Positions 20,232 to 31,561 of a DNA stretch of 64,000 nucleotides are shown one piece after another. Origin of the DNA: an uncultured Collinsella sp. (GTDB taxonomy: Bacteria; Actinomycetota; Coriobacteriia; Coriobacteriales; Coriobacteriaceae). The notes beneath the pieces were generated by a model. The model did no database searches. It worked only from the letters and a program-made list of their open reading frames with translations, and had not been told where the DNA came from. The translations under genes were made by a program, and so were the position numbers. The stretch's first letter is position 1. The number at the start of each line of letters is the position of its first letter. The DNA lies in NCBI GenBank assembly GCA_900546455.1, contig URCS01000001.1, positions 3,040 to 67,039 of the forward strand, given 5' to 3'.

Positions 20232-21022
20232 TAGAAGACCACCACCTTGGAAGCATCAAACACGGGGCCGCACATGCAGGCGCCCTTCATACCGTCGACC
20301 GTCTCGACATTGCAGGTGTTGCAGGCACCAAAGCCACAGCTCATCATGCGCTCGAGCGACACCTCGCAGTACGCGCCGGCCTCGGCGGCAGCGGCGGCGA
20401 CCTTCTTCATCATGACGGCGGGACCACAGCTGGCGACGTAGTCGTAACCGCCCTCGCCGAGCAGCTCAGCGGCAGGATCGGTGCAGAAGCCGTGCGTGCC
20501 CAACGAGCCGTCGTCGGTGCATACGTTGACCGTAGCTCCCAGCGCGCGGAACTCATCGACGCCCACGGCCTTGGACGCGGTGCAAAAGCCCAGGCACACG
20601 TCGACGGCTACACCCTGCTTGGCAAGCATGTCAGCCAGGCAGAGCACAGGCGGAACGCCAATGCCGCCGGCGACGAGCAGTGCTTTCCTGGTACCCTCGG
20701 GCACGAACCAGCCGCGGCCGCCAGGGCCCAGCAGGTTGGAGGTGGAGCCAAGGGCCATCTGCGACAGACGACGGGTATCATCGCCCACGACGGCGTACCA
20801 CAGCTCGACGGTGCCGGCCTCGGCGTCGGCACGATAGAAGCTCAGGGGCACGCGAAGCAGCGAGGACGCATCACCGGGTACGGCGATGTTCACAAACTGA
20901 CCGGGCTTGAGCGCACTTGCAAGCTTGGGGGCCGAGATAACGAGCGAGAAGATGCCGTCGGCGATCTCCTGGTTCGAGACGACCTCGAAGTCGTGCATGC
21001 GTGCAGTGGAAGGTGTGGGCAT
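20231..21022 (-). CDS. pyrK: Dihydroorotate dehydrogenase electron transfer subunit
   Basis: FAD/NAD-binding fold and a C-terminal 2Fe-2S cysteine cluster (CGFGACNTC...C). Confidence 0.9.
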   Translation of the reverse strand: MPTPSTARMHDFEVVSNQEIADGIFSLVISAPKLASALKPGQFVNIAVPGDASSLLRVPLSFYRADAEAGTVELWYAVVGDDTRRLSQMALGSTSNLLGPGGRGWFVPEGTRKALLVAGGIGVPPVLCLADMLAKQGVAVDVCLGFCTASKAVGVDEFRALGATVNVCTDDGSLGTHGFCTDPAAELLGEGGYDYVASCGPAVMMKKVAAAAAEAGAYCEVSLERMMSCGFGACNTCNVETVDGMKGACMCGPVFDASKVVVF

Positions 21023-21114
21023 AGACGCTCCAATCCCCCATGCGGTTGCATGGTTCAGGCGAACAGAAAGCGCGGCACCGCAAGGGCGCCGCGCACAAAA
21101 GCGATAAGGCTATG

Positions 21115-22387
21115 CTAGCAGATGCAGCCGTCGGCAAGCGTCTGCTTACCGCCGACGAACACATCGGTGGCACGACCGGTGAGCGTACGGCCGGCAAAAC
21201 CGGAGTTCTCGGCGCGCGACTCGTAGCCGTCCTCGCCGACCGTCCAGGTTGCAGCGGGGTCGAAGACGGTCAGGTCGGCAACGGAGCCCGCCTTGACCTG
21301 AACCTGGTCGAGGCCCAGGATCTCACGCGGCTTGATGGCCATGAGCTCGACCATGCGGCCCACGCTCATCTTGCCCGTGTTGACCAGCTCGGTGAGTACG
21401 AGCGACAGCGAGGTCTCGAGGCCGGTCATACCAAAGGGCGCAAGCTCGAACTCGCGGGCCTTCTCCCACGGGGTGTGGGGAGCATGATCGGTGACGATAA
21501 CGTCGACGGTGCCGTCGATGACACCCTGACGGATGGCCTCGGCGTCCTCGTCGGTGCGCAGCGGCGGATTGACCTTGAGCGAGGTGTTGTAGGTCTCGTC
21601 CAGGTCGTTCTCGGTCAGGAACATGTGGTGCGGGGTTGCCTCGCAGGTAACCTGAACGCCAGCGGCCTTGCCGGCACGCACGATCTCCAGGCCATGGGCG
21701 GTAGAGATGTGCTGGATGTGCAGCTTGGCACCGGTCAGCTTGGCGATCTCGATGTCGCGAGCGATCTGGAGCTCCTCGCCGGCAGCCGGCCAGCCCTCAA
21801 GAGCCAGACGGGTCGAGACCTTGCCCTCGTTGATCTGGCCGTGGCCGACCAGGTCCTCGTCCTGGCAGTGGCTCATAAAGACCTTGCCGAACATCTTGCC
21901 GTAGTCCATGCAGCGACGGAGCATGCCTGCACCCTGCACGCCGCGACCGTCGTCGGTGAAGGCGACGGCGCCGTGGGCGACCATATCGCCCATCTCGGAC
22001 ATGGCCTCGCCCTTAAGACCGCGGGTCATGGCGCCCGACGGATAGACGCGGCAGTGACCGACCTCGGCAGCGCGGGACTTGACGAACTCAACGACGGTAC
22101 CGTTATCGGTAACGGGATCGGTGTTGGGCATAGCGCACACGCCGGTGAAGCCGCCCTTGGCAGCTGCGCGGGTGCCGCTCTCGATGTCCTCTTTGACCTC
22201 GTAGCCGGGCTCGCGCAGGTGGACGTGCATGTCCACCAAGCCAGGGACGAGGTACTTACCGGAAAGGTCGCGGACCACGGCTCCCTCGGCGGCGAGGTTC
22301 TCGCCGACCTCGGCGATCTTGTCGCCGTCAATCAGGACGTCAACGACACCGTCAAGCTCGACGGACGGGTCGACGACGTGGGCATTC

Positions 22388-22404
<17 letters not shown>
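21115..22404 (-). CDS. pyrC: Dihydroorotase
   Basis: VDMHVHLREPG metal-binding motif. Start at the ATG at 22404 (MALLLKNAHVVDP). Confidence 0.93.
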
Positions 22405-23933
<1,529 letters not shown>

Positions 23934-24175
23934 TCACATGTCTTGACTGCTGACACAGTCAAAAAAATAGATGCCCGACCGCTCAAAGCGGAACCAGACA
24001 CCCACAGGAAGTACTGCTCATTGACAGCTATGTAATTCCATGCGGGTATCTCGTACCCCTTTAATGGTCAAGGCATAGTGTAGCCAACCTCGGGCTCAAA
24101 TGCGAGCATAAATACTAGTCAATCCGTAAACGGAGCCAATCGCTCCATAAACCTATATATATTTGTGGGACGCGC

Positions 24176-24204
24176 TTGAAAACCTTGTTGCGAGCTGGCA
24201 TAAT
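24176..24204 (+). promoter_or_regulatory. Putative sigma-70-type promoter of rpmB
   Basis: TTGAAA, a 17-nt spacer, then CATAAT (24176-24181 and 24199-24204). This implies a leader of about 165 nt before the rpmB ATG. Confidence 0.45.
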
Positions 24205-24373
24205 CCCCTCTGCCGCACGCAAATCGGATCTACGTCCAGGGCCGTAGCGTGGGCACTATCGCCAAAAGAGGAATATCTCTGTGTAGATTGCGCACAGAGA
24301 CATGCTTCTGTGCTATAGTTCAGGCTTGTTTGTTAACGCGACATGTTCGTTTGTCGCCCAAGGAGGGTCAGTT

Positions 24374-24562
24374 ATGTCCAAAGTTTGCGAAGTTTGCGGT
24401 AAGCACCCCGTTGCCGGTCGCTCCATCAGCCACTCTCACCGCGTCACCAACCGTAAGTTCCGCCCCAACATCCAGCGCGTCTACGTCGTCGTCGATGGTC
24501 ACCGTCGCAAGATGAACGTTTGCTCCACCTGCCTCAAGTCCGGCAAGGTTGCGCGCTCGTAA
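24374..24562 (+). CDS. rpmB: 50S ribosomal protein L28 (zinc-ribbon, C+ form)
   Basis: MSKVCEVCGKHPVAGRSISHSHRVTNRKFRPN...CSTC. An AGGAGG RBS lies 7 nt upstream of the ATG at 24374. Confidence 0.93.
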   Translation: MSKVCEVCGKHPVAGRSISHSHRVTNRKFRPNIQRVYVVVDGHRRKMNVCSTCLKSGKVARS

Positions 24563-24631
24563 ATAAGGTCTTACCAACAAGTACCTCGGACTCTCCGGGT
24601 CAAAGACCTCGCGTTCATATAGAACTTACCA

Positions 24632-24664
24632 AAGGCGCCCTCCCCTACGGAGGGCGCCTTTTTG
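24632..24664 (+). terminator. Rho-independent terminator of rpmB
   Basis: Perfect 12-bp stem AAGGCGCCCTCC/GGAGGGCGCCTT with a 5-nt loop, followed by a T-run. Confidence 0.85.
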
Positions 24665-24714
24665 CACTCATTGGGGACAGACTTATATGAGGGTTTGCAG
24701 ATGTCAAAGGGATC

Positions 24715-24930
24715 ATAGCCCAGCTGGTATGCCTTGTAACTAACGGTACGCCTCGAGCGAGTCGGACGCACCTTACACGGGATTGAAATGGATGTAATCG
24801 AGTAGCTGCACCGCCTGTGTGTCCGACTCAACCGCGACCCGCGAATAGCGATCATCAAACAGATGTCCCGTTTTCCCATTGAAATACTCATGAGAGTCTG
24901 TACCCAATGAGCGGGGCGATGCAGCAGGCA
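24715..24930 (-). pseudogene. Decayed IS200/IS605-like (Y1 / REP-associated tyrosine transposase-like) gene remnant
   Basis: My own translation of a minus-strand frame not reported in the track gives ...SHEYFNGKTGHLFDDRYSRVAVESDTQAVQLLDYIHFNPV*GASDSLEAYR*. It shows the GHLFqgRY...YIHxNPV signature of that family, is interrupted by in-frame stops, and has no start or N-terminal half. Confidence 0.55.
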
Positions 24931-24942
24931 AATAGTTTTAGT

Positions 24943-24972
24943 TAAAACGCTTCAGTTTATTGAAGCGTTTTA
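24943..24972. repeat. Perfect 12-bp inverted repeat (TAAAACGCTTCA, 6 nt, TGAAGCGTTTTA) upstream of adhE
   Basis: Read directly from the sequence. It abuts the transposase remnant and lies about 95 nt upstream of the adhE ATG. Function is unknown (REP-like hairpin or operator). Confidence 0.7.
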
Positions 24973-25064
24973 GTGTGCCTTTTACGGGAATCTTACCGTT
25001 CACCGAATAATTTCTTGCTATCATGCAAGGCGTAGGGTAAATCTCCGATCGCAAGGAGACACAA

Positions 25065-27713
25065 ATGGTGAAAAAGTCACCGGAAAACACTACTCCCGCA
25101 ATTGTGGACAACGTAGAGGCGCTTGAGGCTAAGCTCGCTCAGATGCGAGAGGCCCAGGCGCTTTTTGCTACGTACACGCAGGAGCAGGTCGACAAGATCT
25201 TCTATGAGGCCGCCATGGCCGCCAACAAGGCTCGTATCCCGTTGGCGAAGATGGCCATCGAGGAGACCGGCCGCGGCGTTCTTGAGGACAAGGTCATCAA
25301 GAACCACTACGCCGCAGAGTACATCTACAACGCTTACAAGAATACCAAGACCTGTGGTGTCCTGGAGCGCGACGAGGCTTACGGCATCACCAAGATCGCC
25401 GAGCCCATCGGCATCGTGGGCGCCGTCATCCCGACGACCAACCCCACCTCCACCGCGATCTTCAAGACGCTGATCTGCCTGAAGACCCGCAACGCCATCA
25501 TCATCTCCCCGCACCCGGCTGCCGCCAAGTGCACCATCGCCGCCGCCAAGCTCGTGCTTGACGCCGCCGTCAAGGCCGGCGCCCCCGAGGGCATCATCGG
25601 CTGGGTCGATGTCCCCTCCATCGAGCTGACTAACATGGTCATGCGCGACGTCGACATCATCCTCGCCACCGGTGGCCCGGGCATGGTCAAGGCCGCCTAC
25701 TCCTCGGGCAAGCCCGCCCTGGGCGTTGGCGCCGGTAACACCCCGGTCGTCATCGACGACACCGCCGACGTTCTGCTCGCAGTCAACTCCATCATCCACT
25801 CCAAGACCTTCGACAACGGCATGATCTGCGCTTCCGAGCAGTCCGTGACCGTCATCGACACCATCTACGACCAGGTCAAGGCCGAGTTCCAGAAGCGCGG
25901 CTGCTACTTCGTCAAGCAGGGTGCCGAGATGGAGGCCCTGCGTGCCGCCATGTTCAAGAACGGCGCCCTCGATCACCGCATCCCCGGCATGGCTGCCGCC
26001 AAGATCGCCGAGCTCGCCGGCATCGAGGTTCCCGCCAAGACTAAGATCCTGATCGCCGAGGTCACCTCCACCGACCCCGCCAAGGAGGAGTTCTCCCACG
26101 AGAAGCTCTCCCCGGTCCTGGCCATGTACCACGCCAAGGACTTCCAGGAGGCCGTCGACAAGGCCGAGCACCTGGTGCTCGCCGGTGGCCCGGGCCACAC
26201 CGCCTCTCTGTACGTGCACCCCGCCCAGGCCGAGAAGATCAGCCTGTTCGAGCACGTCATGAAGGCCTGCCGCATCGTCATCAACACCCCGTCCTCGCAC
26301 GGTGGCATCGGTGACCTGTACAACTTTGGCATGAAGCCGTCTCTGACCCTGGGCTGCGGCTCCTGGGGCGGCAACTCCGTCTCCGAGAACGTTGGGGTGA
26401 AGCACTTGATCAACGTTAAGACTGTGGCCGAGCGCCGTGAGAACATGCTGTGGTTCCGCGCTCCCGAGAAGGTCTACTTCAAGAAGGGTTCCACGCCCGT
26501 CGCCCTCGACGAGCTGGGCAACGTCATGGGCAAGAAGCGCGCCTTCATCGTTACCGACCAGTTCCTCTTCAAGAATGGCAACACCCGCGCCATCGAGGCC
26601 AAGCTCGACGAGATGGGCATCGCCCACGACTGCTTCTACGACGTCGAGCCCGATCCGTCGCTGCAGTGCGCACGTCGCGGCGCCAAGCAGATGGCTCTCT
26701 TTGAGCCGGACGTCATCATCGCCGTCGGCGGTGGCTCCGCTATGGACGCCGGCAAGATCATGTGGATGATGTACGAGCACCCCGAGTGCAAGTTTGAGGA
26801 CATGGCCATGGACTTCATGGACATCCGCAAGCGTATCTTCACCTTCCCCGAGATGGGCAAGAAGGCCTACTTCGTCGCCGTCCCGACCTCCTCGGGTACC
26901 GGCTCCGAGTGCACGCCGTTCGCCATCATCACCGACAAGGAGACCGGCATCAAGTGGCCGCTCGCCGACTACGCGCTGCTCCCCAACATGGCTATCGTCG
27001 ACGCCGACAACTGCATGACCGCCCCGCGCGGCCTGACCGCTGCCTCCGGCATCGACGTCATGACCCACGCCATCGAGTCCTACGTCTCCATCATGGCTTC
27101 CGACTACACCAAGGGCCTCTCCGAGCGCGCTGCCAAGCTCGTCTTTGAGAACCTGCCCTCCAGCTTCACGAACGGCGCCAAGGACCCGCACGCCCGCGAG
27201 GAGATGCACAACGCCTCCTGCATGGCCGGTATGGCCTTCGCCAACGCCTTCCTGGGCCTCAACCACTCCATGGCTCACAAGCTCGGCGCTTTCCATCACC
27301 TGCCCCACGGCATCGCTAACGCCGTCATCCTGACCCGCGTCATGCGCTACAACGCCGCCGAGGCTCCCGTCAAGATGGGTACCTTCTCCCAGTATCCTTA
27401 CCCCAACGCGCTGCACAACTACGCCGAGATGGCCAAGTACTGCGGCATCGAGGGCAAGGACGACAAGGAGGTCTTCGAGAACTTCATCACGAAGCTCGAG
27501 GAGCTCAAGGACTTCATCGGTGTCAAGAAGACTATCGCCGACTACGGTGTTGACGAGCAGTACTTCCTCGACACCCTCGACGAGATGACCGAGCAGGCAT
27601 TCAACGACCAGTGCACCGGCGCCAACCCGCGCTACCCGCTCATGAGCGAGATCAAGGAGCTCTACCTGGACGCCTACTACGGCCGCGAGCCCCAGGATTA
27701 CGCCGTCTGCTAG
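25065..27713 (+). CDS. adhE: Bifunctional acetaldehyde-CoA / alcohol dehydrogenase
   Basis: 882 aa with an N-terminal aldehyde dehydrogenase domain and a C-terminal iron-type ADH domain. An AAGGAG RBS precedes the start. Confidence 0.97.
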   Translation: MVKKSPENTTPAIVDNVEALEAKLAQMREAQALFATYTQEQVDKIFYEAAMAANKARIPLAKMAIEETGRGVLEDKVIKNHYAAEYIYNAYKNTKTCGVLERDEAYGITKIAEPIGIVGAVIPTTNPTSTAIFKTLICLKTRNAIIISPHPAAAKCTIAAAKLVLDAAVKAGAPEGIIGWVDVPSIELTNMVMRDVDIILATGGPGMVKAAYSSGKPALGVGAGNTPVVIDDTADVLLAVNSIIHSKTFDNGMICASEQSVTVIDTIYDQVKAEFQKRGCYFVKQGAEMEALRAAMFKNGALDHRIPGMAAAKIAELAGIEVPAKTKILIAEVTSTDPAKEEFSHEKLSPVLAMYHAKDFQEAVDKAEHLVLAGGPGHTASLYVHPAQAEKISLFEHVMKACRIVINTPSSHGGIGDLYNFGMKPSLTLGCGSWGGNSVSENVGVKHLINVKTVAERRENMLWFRAPEKVYFKKGSTPVALDELGNVMGKKRAFIVTDQFLFKNGNTRAIEAKLDEMGIAHDCFYDVEPDPSLQCARRGAKQMALFEPDVIIAVGGGSAMDAGKIMWMMYEHPECKFEDMAMDFMDIRKRIFTFPEMGKKAYFVAVPTSSGTGSECTPFAIITDKETGIKWPLADYALLPNMAIVDADNCMTAPRGLTAASGIDVMTHAIESYVSIMASDYTKGLSERAAKLVFENLPSSFTNGAKDPHAREEMHNASCMAGMAFANAFLGLNHSMAHKLGAFHHLPHGIANAVILTRVMRYNAAEAPVKMGTFSQYPYPNALHNYAEMAKYCGIEGKDDKEVFENFITKLEELKDFIGVKKTIADYGVDEQYFLDTLDEMTEQAFNDQCTGANPRYPLMSEIKELYLDAYYGREPQDYAVC

Positions 27714-27801
27714 TTTTAGCACGGTTTTTAACGGCGGGGGTGCACGGGTGTTTCACACACCCCCGCCGTCGCTTCTATCGCATCGTTGAAAGGATGCAAC
27801 C

Positions 27802-28566
27802 ATGCTGCTACCCGATTCCAAGACCGAGCTCGTCCGCCGTGGCAACAAGGTCGTTTACGACCTGGGCGACAAGATTGTCAAGGTCTTTAACGAGACCAAG
27901 CCTGTCTCCGACGTGTTCAACGAGGCTTTGAATCTTGCCCGCATCAATGAGTGCGGCATCCGCAGCCCCAAGGCTCTCGAGGTTTCCCAGCTCGAGAACG
28001 CCAACGGCTGGGCGCTCGTGACCGAGAAGGTTCCGGGCACCACCCTTGCCGAGAAGATGACTGCCGAGCCCCAGCGCTTTGGTGAGTACCTCGAGATGTT
28101 CGTCGACCTCCAGATCGAGATCCACGGCTACACCTCCCCGCTGCTCAACCGTCAGCGCGACAAGTTCGCCCGCATGATCGACAGCCTTGATCAGCTCAAT
28201 GCCACCACGCGCTACAACCTTCAGGAGCGTCTGGACGGCATGACCAAGGAGTTCAAGGTCTGCCACGGCGACTTCAACCCCTCCAACGTCATCGTCGGCG
28301 ACGACGGCCAGCTCTATGTGTGCGACTGGGCACACGCCACCCAGGGCTCCCCTGCTGCCGACGTTGCCACCACCTACCTGCTCTTTGCCCTCAACAGCAA
28401 GGACCAGGCCGAGGCCTACCTGGAGCTCTACTGCGACCGTGCCGACATGCCCATGCAGGTCGTGCGTCAGTGGACGAGCATCGTCGCCGCTTCCGAGCTC
28501 GCTCGTAATCGCAACGTGAACGATGAGTTCCTGAAGAACTGGATCGACGTCGTCGATTATCAGTAA
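27802..28566 (+). CDS. Aminoglycoside/choline-kinase-fold phosphotransferase family protein
   Basis: Catalytic loop CHGDFNPSNVIV and DWAH motif in a 254-aa protein. Substrate unknown. Confidence 0.8.
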   Translation: MLLPDSKTELVRRGNKVVYDLGDKIVKVFNETKPVSDVFNEALNLARINECGIRSPKALEVSQLENANGWALVTEKVPGTTLAEKMTAEPQRFGEYLEMFVDLQIEIHGYTSPLLNRQRDKFARMIDSLDQLNATTRYNLQERLDGMTKEFKVCHGDFNPSNVIVGDDGQLYVCDWAHATQGSPAADVATTYLLFALNSKDQAEAYLELYCDRADMPMQVVRQWTSIVAASELARNRNVNDEFLKNWIDVVDYQ

Positions 28567-28598
28567 TATCTGAGCGATTTATTTCGCATCGGAGGCAC

Positions 28599-28642
28599 AA
28601 GGAAAACCCCGCAGCTCGCATGGGCTGTGGGGTTTTCCTTTT
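28599..28642 (+). terminator. Rho-independent terminator (after the phosphotransferase gene)
   Basis: 17-bp stem AAGGAAAACCCCGCAGC/GCTGTGGGGTTTTCCTT (one G-U pair), followed by TTTT. Confidence 0.75.
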
Positions 28643-28670
28643 AGATATCGAAGATGCTACAAGATAATAG

Positions 28671-28712
28671 GACGGCCCCGCATCTCCCCGATTGGAGAAA
28701 TGCGGGGCCGTC
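28671..28712 (-). terminator. Stem-loop downstream of proS (possible terminator)
   Basis: Perfect 13-bp stem GACGGCCCCGCAT/ATGCGGGGCCGTC with a 16-nt loop. The U-tract on the minus strand is weak. Confidence 0.55.
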
Positions 28713-28743
28713 CCACATATCGAACTACAAGCGAAATCGTCGA

Positions 28744-30465
28744 TTAACGGCGGGCTGCCTTAACAAGCTCGGCAACCTTGGCAACGACCTCGTCGATCGC
28801 CACGTCCTCGCGCTCGCCCGTAGCACGGTCCTTGAGCTCAACGGTGCCATTCTTAAGGCCGCGCTTGCCCAGAACCACCTGATACGGGAAGCCCATGAGG
28901 TCGTTATCGGCAAACTTAAAGCCCGGACGCTCATCGCGATCGTCGACGACGACCTCGATGCCCTCGGCACACAGGCCATCAACAATCTGCTCGCAGACGG
29001 TAGCGCACTCTTCCTTCTTGGGATCGAGCGGAATCACCGCAACCTCGTACGGAGCAACGGAGACCGGCCAGACGATGCCGTGCTCGTCGTTGTGCTGCTC
29101 CACGACGGCAGCGAGCGAACGGGACACGCCCACACCGTAGCAACCCATGATAAGCGGCTTCTCCTTGCCGTCCTCGTCCATAAAGGTGGCACCCATGGCC
29201 TCGGAGTACTTGGTGCCCAGCTGAAAGACCTGGGAAACCTCGATGCCGCGAGCAGCAGAGAGCGGCTTGCCGCAGTGCGGGCAGGGATCGCCGGCGACGA
29301 CGGTGACCAGGTCGGCCCACTCGTCGACGGTAAAGTCGCGCTCGGGACAGGCGCCGGTAAAGTGATAATCGACCTCGTTGGCACCGCAGGCCCACTGCTT
29401 AGACTCGCGCAGGCTCTCGTCGCACACCAGACGGATGCCCTCGGGCAGGTTGACCGGTCCGATAAAGCCCTTATGCAGCCCGTAGGTCTGGAGCTCCTCG
29501 TCGGTCATCATGCGATAGCCCTTGCCAAAGACGTGCTCGGCCTTACAGTCGTTGAGCTCGTGGTCGCCCGGAACAATGGCCACGACCGGCTTGCCCTCGG
29601 AGTCAATCAACGCCAGCGACTTGCGCGTGCCGTTCTCGGGGAAGCCGAAGAACTTGGCGACGGCCTCGATGGTGCCCATACCCGGAGTCTCGACCTTGGT
29701 GAGCGTGCCGTCGCCGGGACCCTCGGTCACAACGACCTTGGTGCTTGCAGCCTCGTCATCGGCAGCAAAGCCGCAATCGTCGCAGTAGACGAGCGAAGCC
29801 TCGCCGGCGTCGGCCAGCGCCATGTACTCGACGGAGGTGTCGCCGCCGATTTCGCCGGAGTCGGCGACAACGGGCAGAGCCTTGATGTAGCAGCGCTCGC
29901 AGATGTTGGCGTAGGCCTGCTTCATCTTGTCGTACTCCTCCTGCAGGCTCTCCTGCGTGGCAGAGAAGCTGTAGGCGTCCTTCATGATGAACTCACGGCC
30001 GCGCATCAGGCCAAAGCGGGGACGGAACTCATCGCGGAACTTGTCCTGAATGTGGTACAGGTTGACGGGCAGCTGCTTATAGGAGCGCAGCTCGTTGCGC
30101 ACCAGGGCCGTGACGGTCTCCTCGTGCGTGGGGCCCAGCACAAACTCGCGACCATGACGGTCGTCAAAGCGCACGAGCTCCTTACCATAGGCATCGATGC
30201 GGCCGGACTCACGCCACAGCTCGGCATCGACCATAATGGGCATCATGAGCTCCTGGGCGCCGGCGGCATCCATCTCGTCGCGCACGATGTTCTCGATCTT
30301 ACGAATCGAGCGCCAAGCGAGCGGCAGATAGGAATAGAGACCGGCGGCCTCCTTGCGGATCATACCGGCACGAAGCAGCAGACGATGGCTTGCAAGCTCG
30401 GCGTCGGCCGGATCCTCTTTAAGCGTCGGCGCATAGAGCTTAGACATATACATTGCTCGAGTCAT
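28744..30465 (-). CDS. proS: Proline--tRNA ligase
   Basis: 573-aa bacterial-type ProRS with an editing (INS) domain and class II motifs. Confidence 0.97.
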   Translation of the reverse strand: MTRAMYMSKLYAPTLKEDPADAELASHRLLLRAGMIRKEAAGLYSYLPLAWRSIRKIENIVRDEMDAAGAQELMMPIMVDAELWRESGRIDAYGKELVRFDDRHGREFVLGPTHEETVTALVRNELRSYKQLPVNLYHIQDKFRDEFRPRFGLMRGREFIMKDAYSFSATQESLQEEYDKMKQAYANICERCYIKALPVVADSGEIGGDTSVEYMALADAGEASLVYCDDCGFAADDEAASTKVVVTEGPGDGTLTKVETPGMGTIEAVAKFFGFPENGTRKSLALIDSEGKPVVAIVPGDHELNDCKAEHVFGKGYRMMTDEELQTYGLHKGFIGPVNLPEGIRLVCDESLRESKQWACGANEVDYHFTGACPERDFTVDEWADLVTVVAGDPCPHCGKPLSAARGIEVSQVFQLGTKYSEAMGATFMDEDGKEKPLIMGCYGVGVSRSLAAVVEQHNDEHGIVWPVSVAPYEVAVIPLDPKKEECATVCEQIVDGLCAEGIEVVVDDRDERPGFKFADNDLMGFPYQVVLGKRGLKNGTVELKDRATGEREDVAIDEVVAKVAELVKAARR

Positions 30466-31548
30466 TTATTTCTCCTCAATAAGCTTGTCGACCTCGGCCA
30501 TAAGCGCGTCGACAATTTGATCCTCAGCTACTTTACCAATGATCTGGCCATGCGAAAAGAGCAGGGCCTGACCACGTCCGCAAGCAACGCCCAGGTCGGC
30601 ATCAGAAGCCTCACCGGGGCCATTAACGGCACATCCCATGACGGCAATCGAAAGCGGCGCGGCATAGTTCTTAAGCCGCTCGGTTACTTCCTCGGCGATA
30701 GGAATCAGGTTAACCTGGCAGCGGGCGCACGTGGGGCACGAGACAATCTCGGGACCACGGCGACGCAGGCCCAGCGACTGCAAAATTCCCCAGACAACCG
30801 GCGGCTCCTCAACCGGATCAGCCGTGAGCGAGACGCGCATGGTGTCACCGATACCCTCAGACAGCAGGATACCAAGGCCCACCGAGCTCTTGATGGTGCC
30901 CTGCAGCTTGGTTCCGGCCTCCGTCACGCCCAGGTGAAGCGGAACGTGGGGAATCTCGCGCGACAGGGCTCGATAGGTATCGAGCGTCGTTTGCACGCTA
31001 TGGGCCTTGGCCGAAAGCACAATGTTCGTAAAGCCGCGGTCTTCAAAATGCTTAACGAAACGCTCGCTCGACATCACGAGCTTTTCGGGCTGCGTAAGGT
31101 CGTCGCGCTCGGCGATATCCTGCTCAAGCGAACCGGCATTGACGCCGATACGAATCGCACAGCCAGCGGCACCCGCAGCATCGATCACCGCGTCAACCTT
31201 GGCCCAATCGCCGATATTGCCGGGATTGATGCGCAGCTTGGCAGCACCGGCCTCAACGGCACCAATGGCGAGCTTATGGTTAAAGTGGATATCGGCGACA
31301 ATCGGCACCGGAGACTCGGCGCAGATGGTGCGAAAACCCTCAAGCGCAGCCTCGGTGGGCACGCTCACGCGCACGATATCGCAGCCAGCCTGCGCCAAAG
31401 CACGCACTTGCGCAAGCGTTGCCTGGGCATCAGCGGTATCGGTGCAGGTCATGGATTGGACCACCACCGGCGCACCGCCACCGATCTGCACGCCGCCCAC
31501 ATGCACGGGGCGCGTCAGCTCGCGAGGCAAAGGACGGGATAAAGACAA
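30466..31548 (-). CDS. ispG: 4-hydroxy-3-methylbut-2-enyl diphosphate synthase (IspG/GcpE)
   Basis: ...VGGVQIGGGAPVVVQSMT... and a C-terminal CPTCARC cluster motif. Start is uncertain: TTG at 31548 or GTG at 31557. The long ORF to 31635 overlaps rseP. Confidence 0.93.
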   Translation of the reverse strand: MSLSRPLPRELTRPVHVGGVQIGGGAPVVVQSMTCTDTADAQATLAQVRALAQAGCDIVRVSVPTEAALEGFRTICAESPVPIVADIHFNHKLAIGAVEAGAAKLRINPGNIGDWAKVDAVIDAAGAAGCAIRIGVNAGSLEQDIAERDDLTQPEKLVMSSERFVKHFEDRGFTNIVLSAKAHSVQTTLDTYRALSREIPHVPLHLGVTEAGTKLQGTIKSSVGLGILLSEGIGDTMRVSLTADPVEEPPVVWGILQSLGLRRRGPEIVSCPTCARCQVNLIPIAEEVTERLKNYAAPLSIAVMGCAVNGPGEASDADLGVACGRGQALLFSHGQIIGKVAEDQIVDALMAEVDKLIEEK

Positions 31549-31561
31549 TCCAAACACTCCC

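Noticed and set aside
24571-24891. 106-aa minus-strand ORF from the track.
   Set aside because: Its sequence has no recognisable features. A different frame of the same strand carries the transposase-like signature interrupted by stops. The tracked ORF is most likely a by-product of that pseudogene.
24943-24972. Rex (redox) operator upstream of adhE.
   Set aside because: The Rex consensus (TTGTGAA-N6-TTCACAA type) is not matched beyond the generic TTCA...TGAA. I kept the repeat only as an unassigned dyad or REP-like hairpin.
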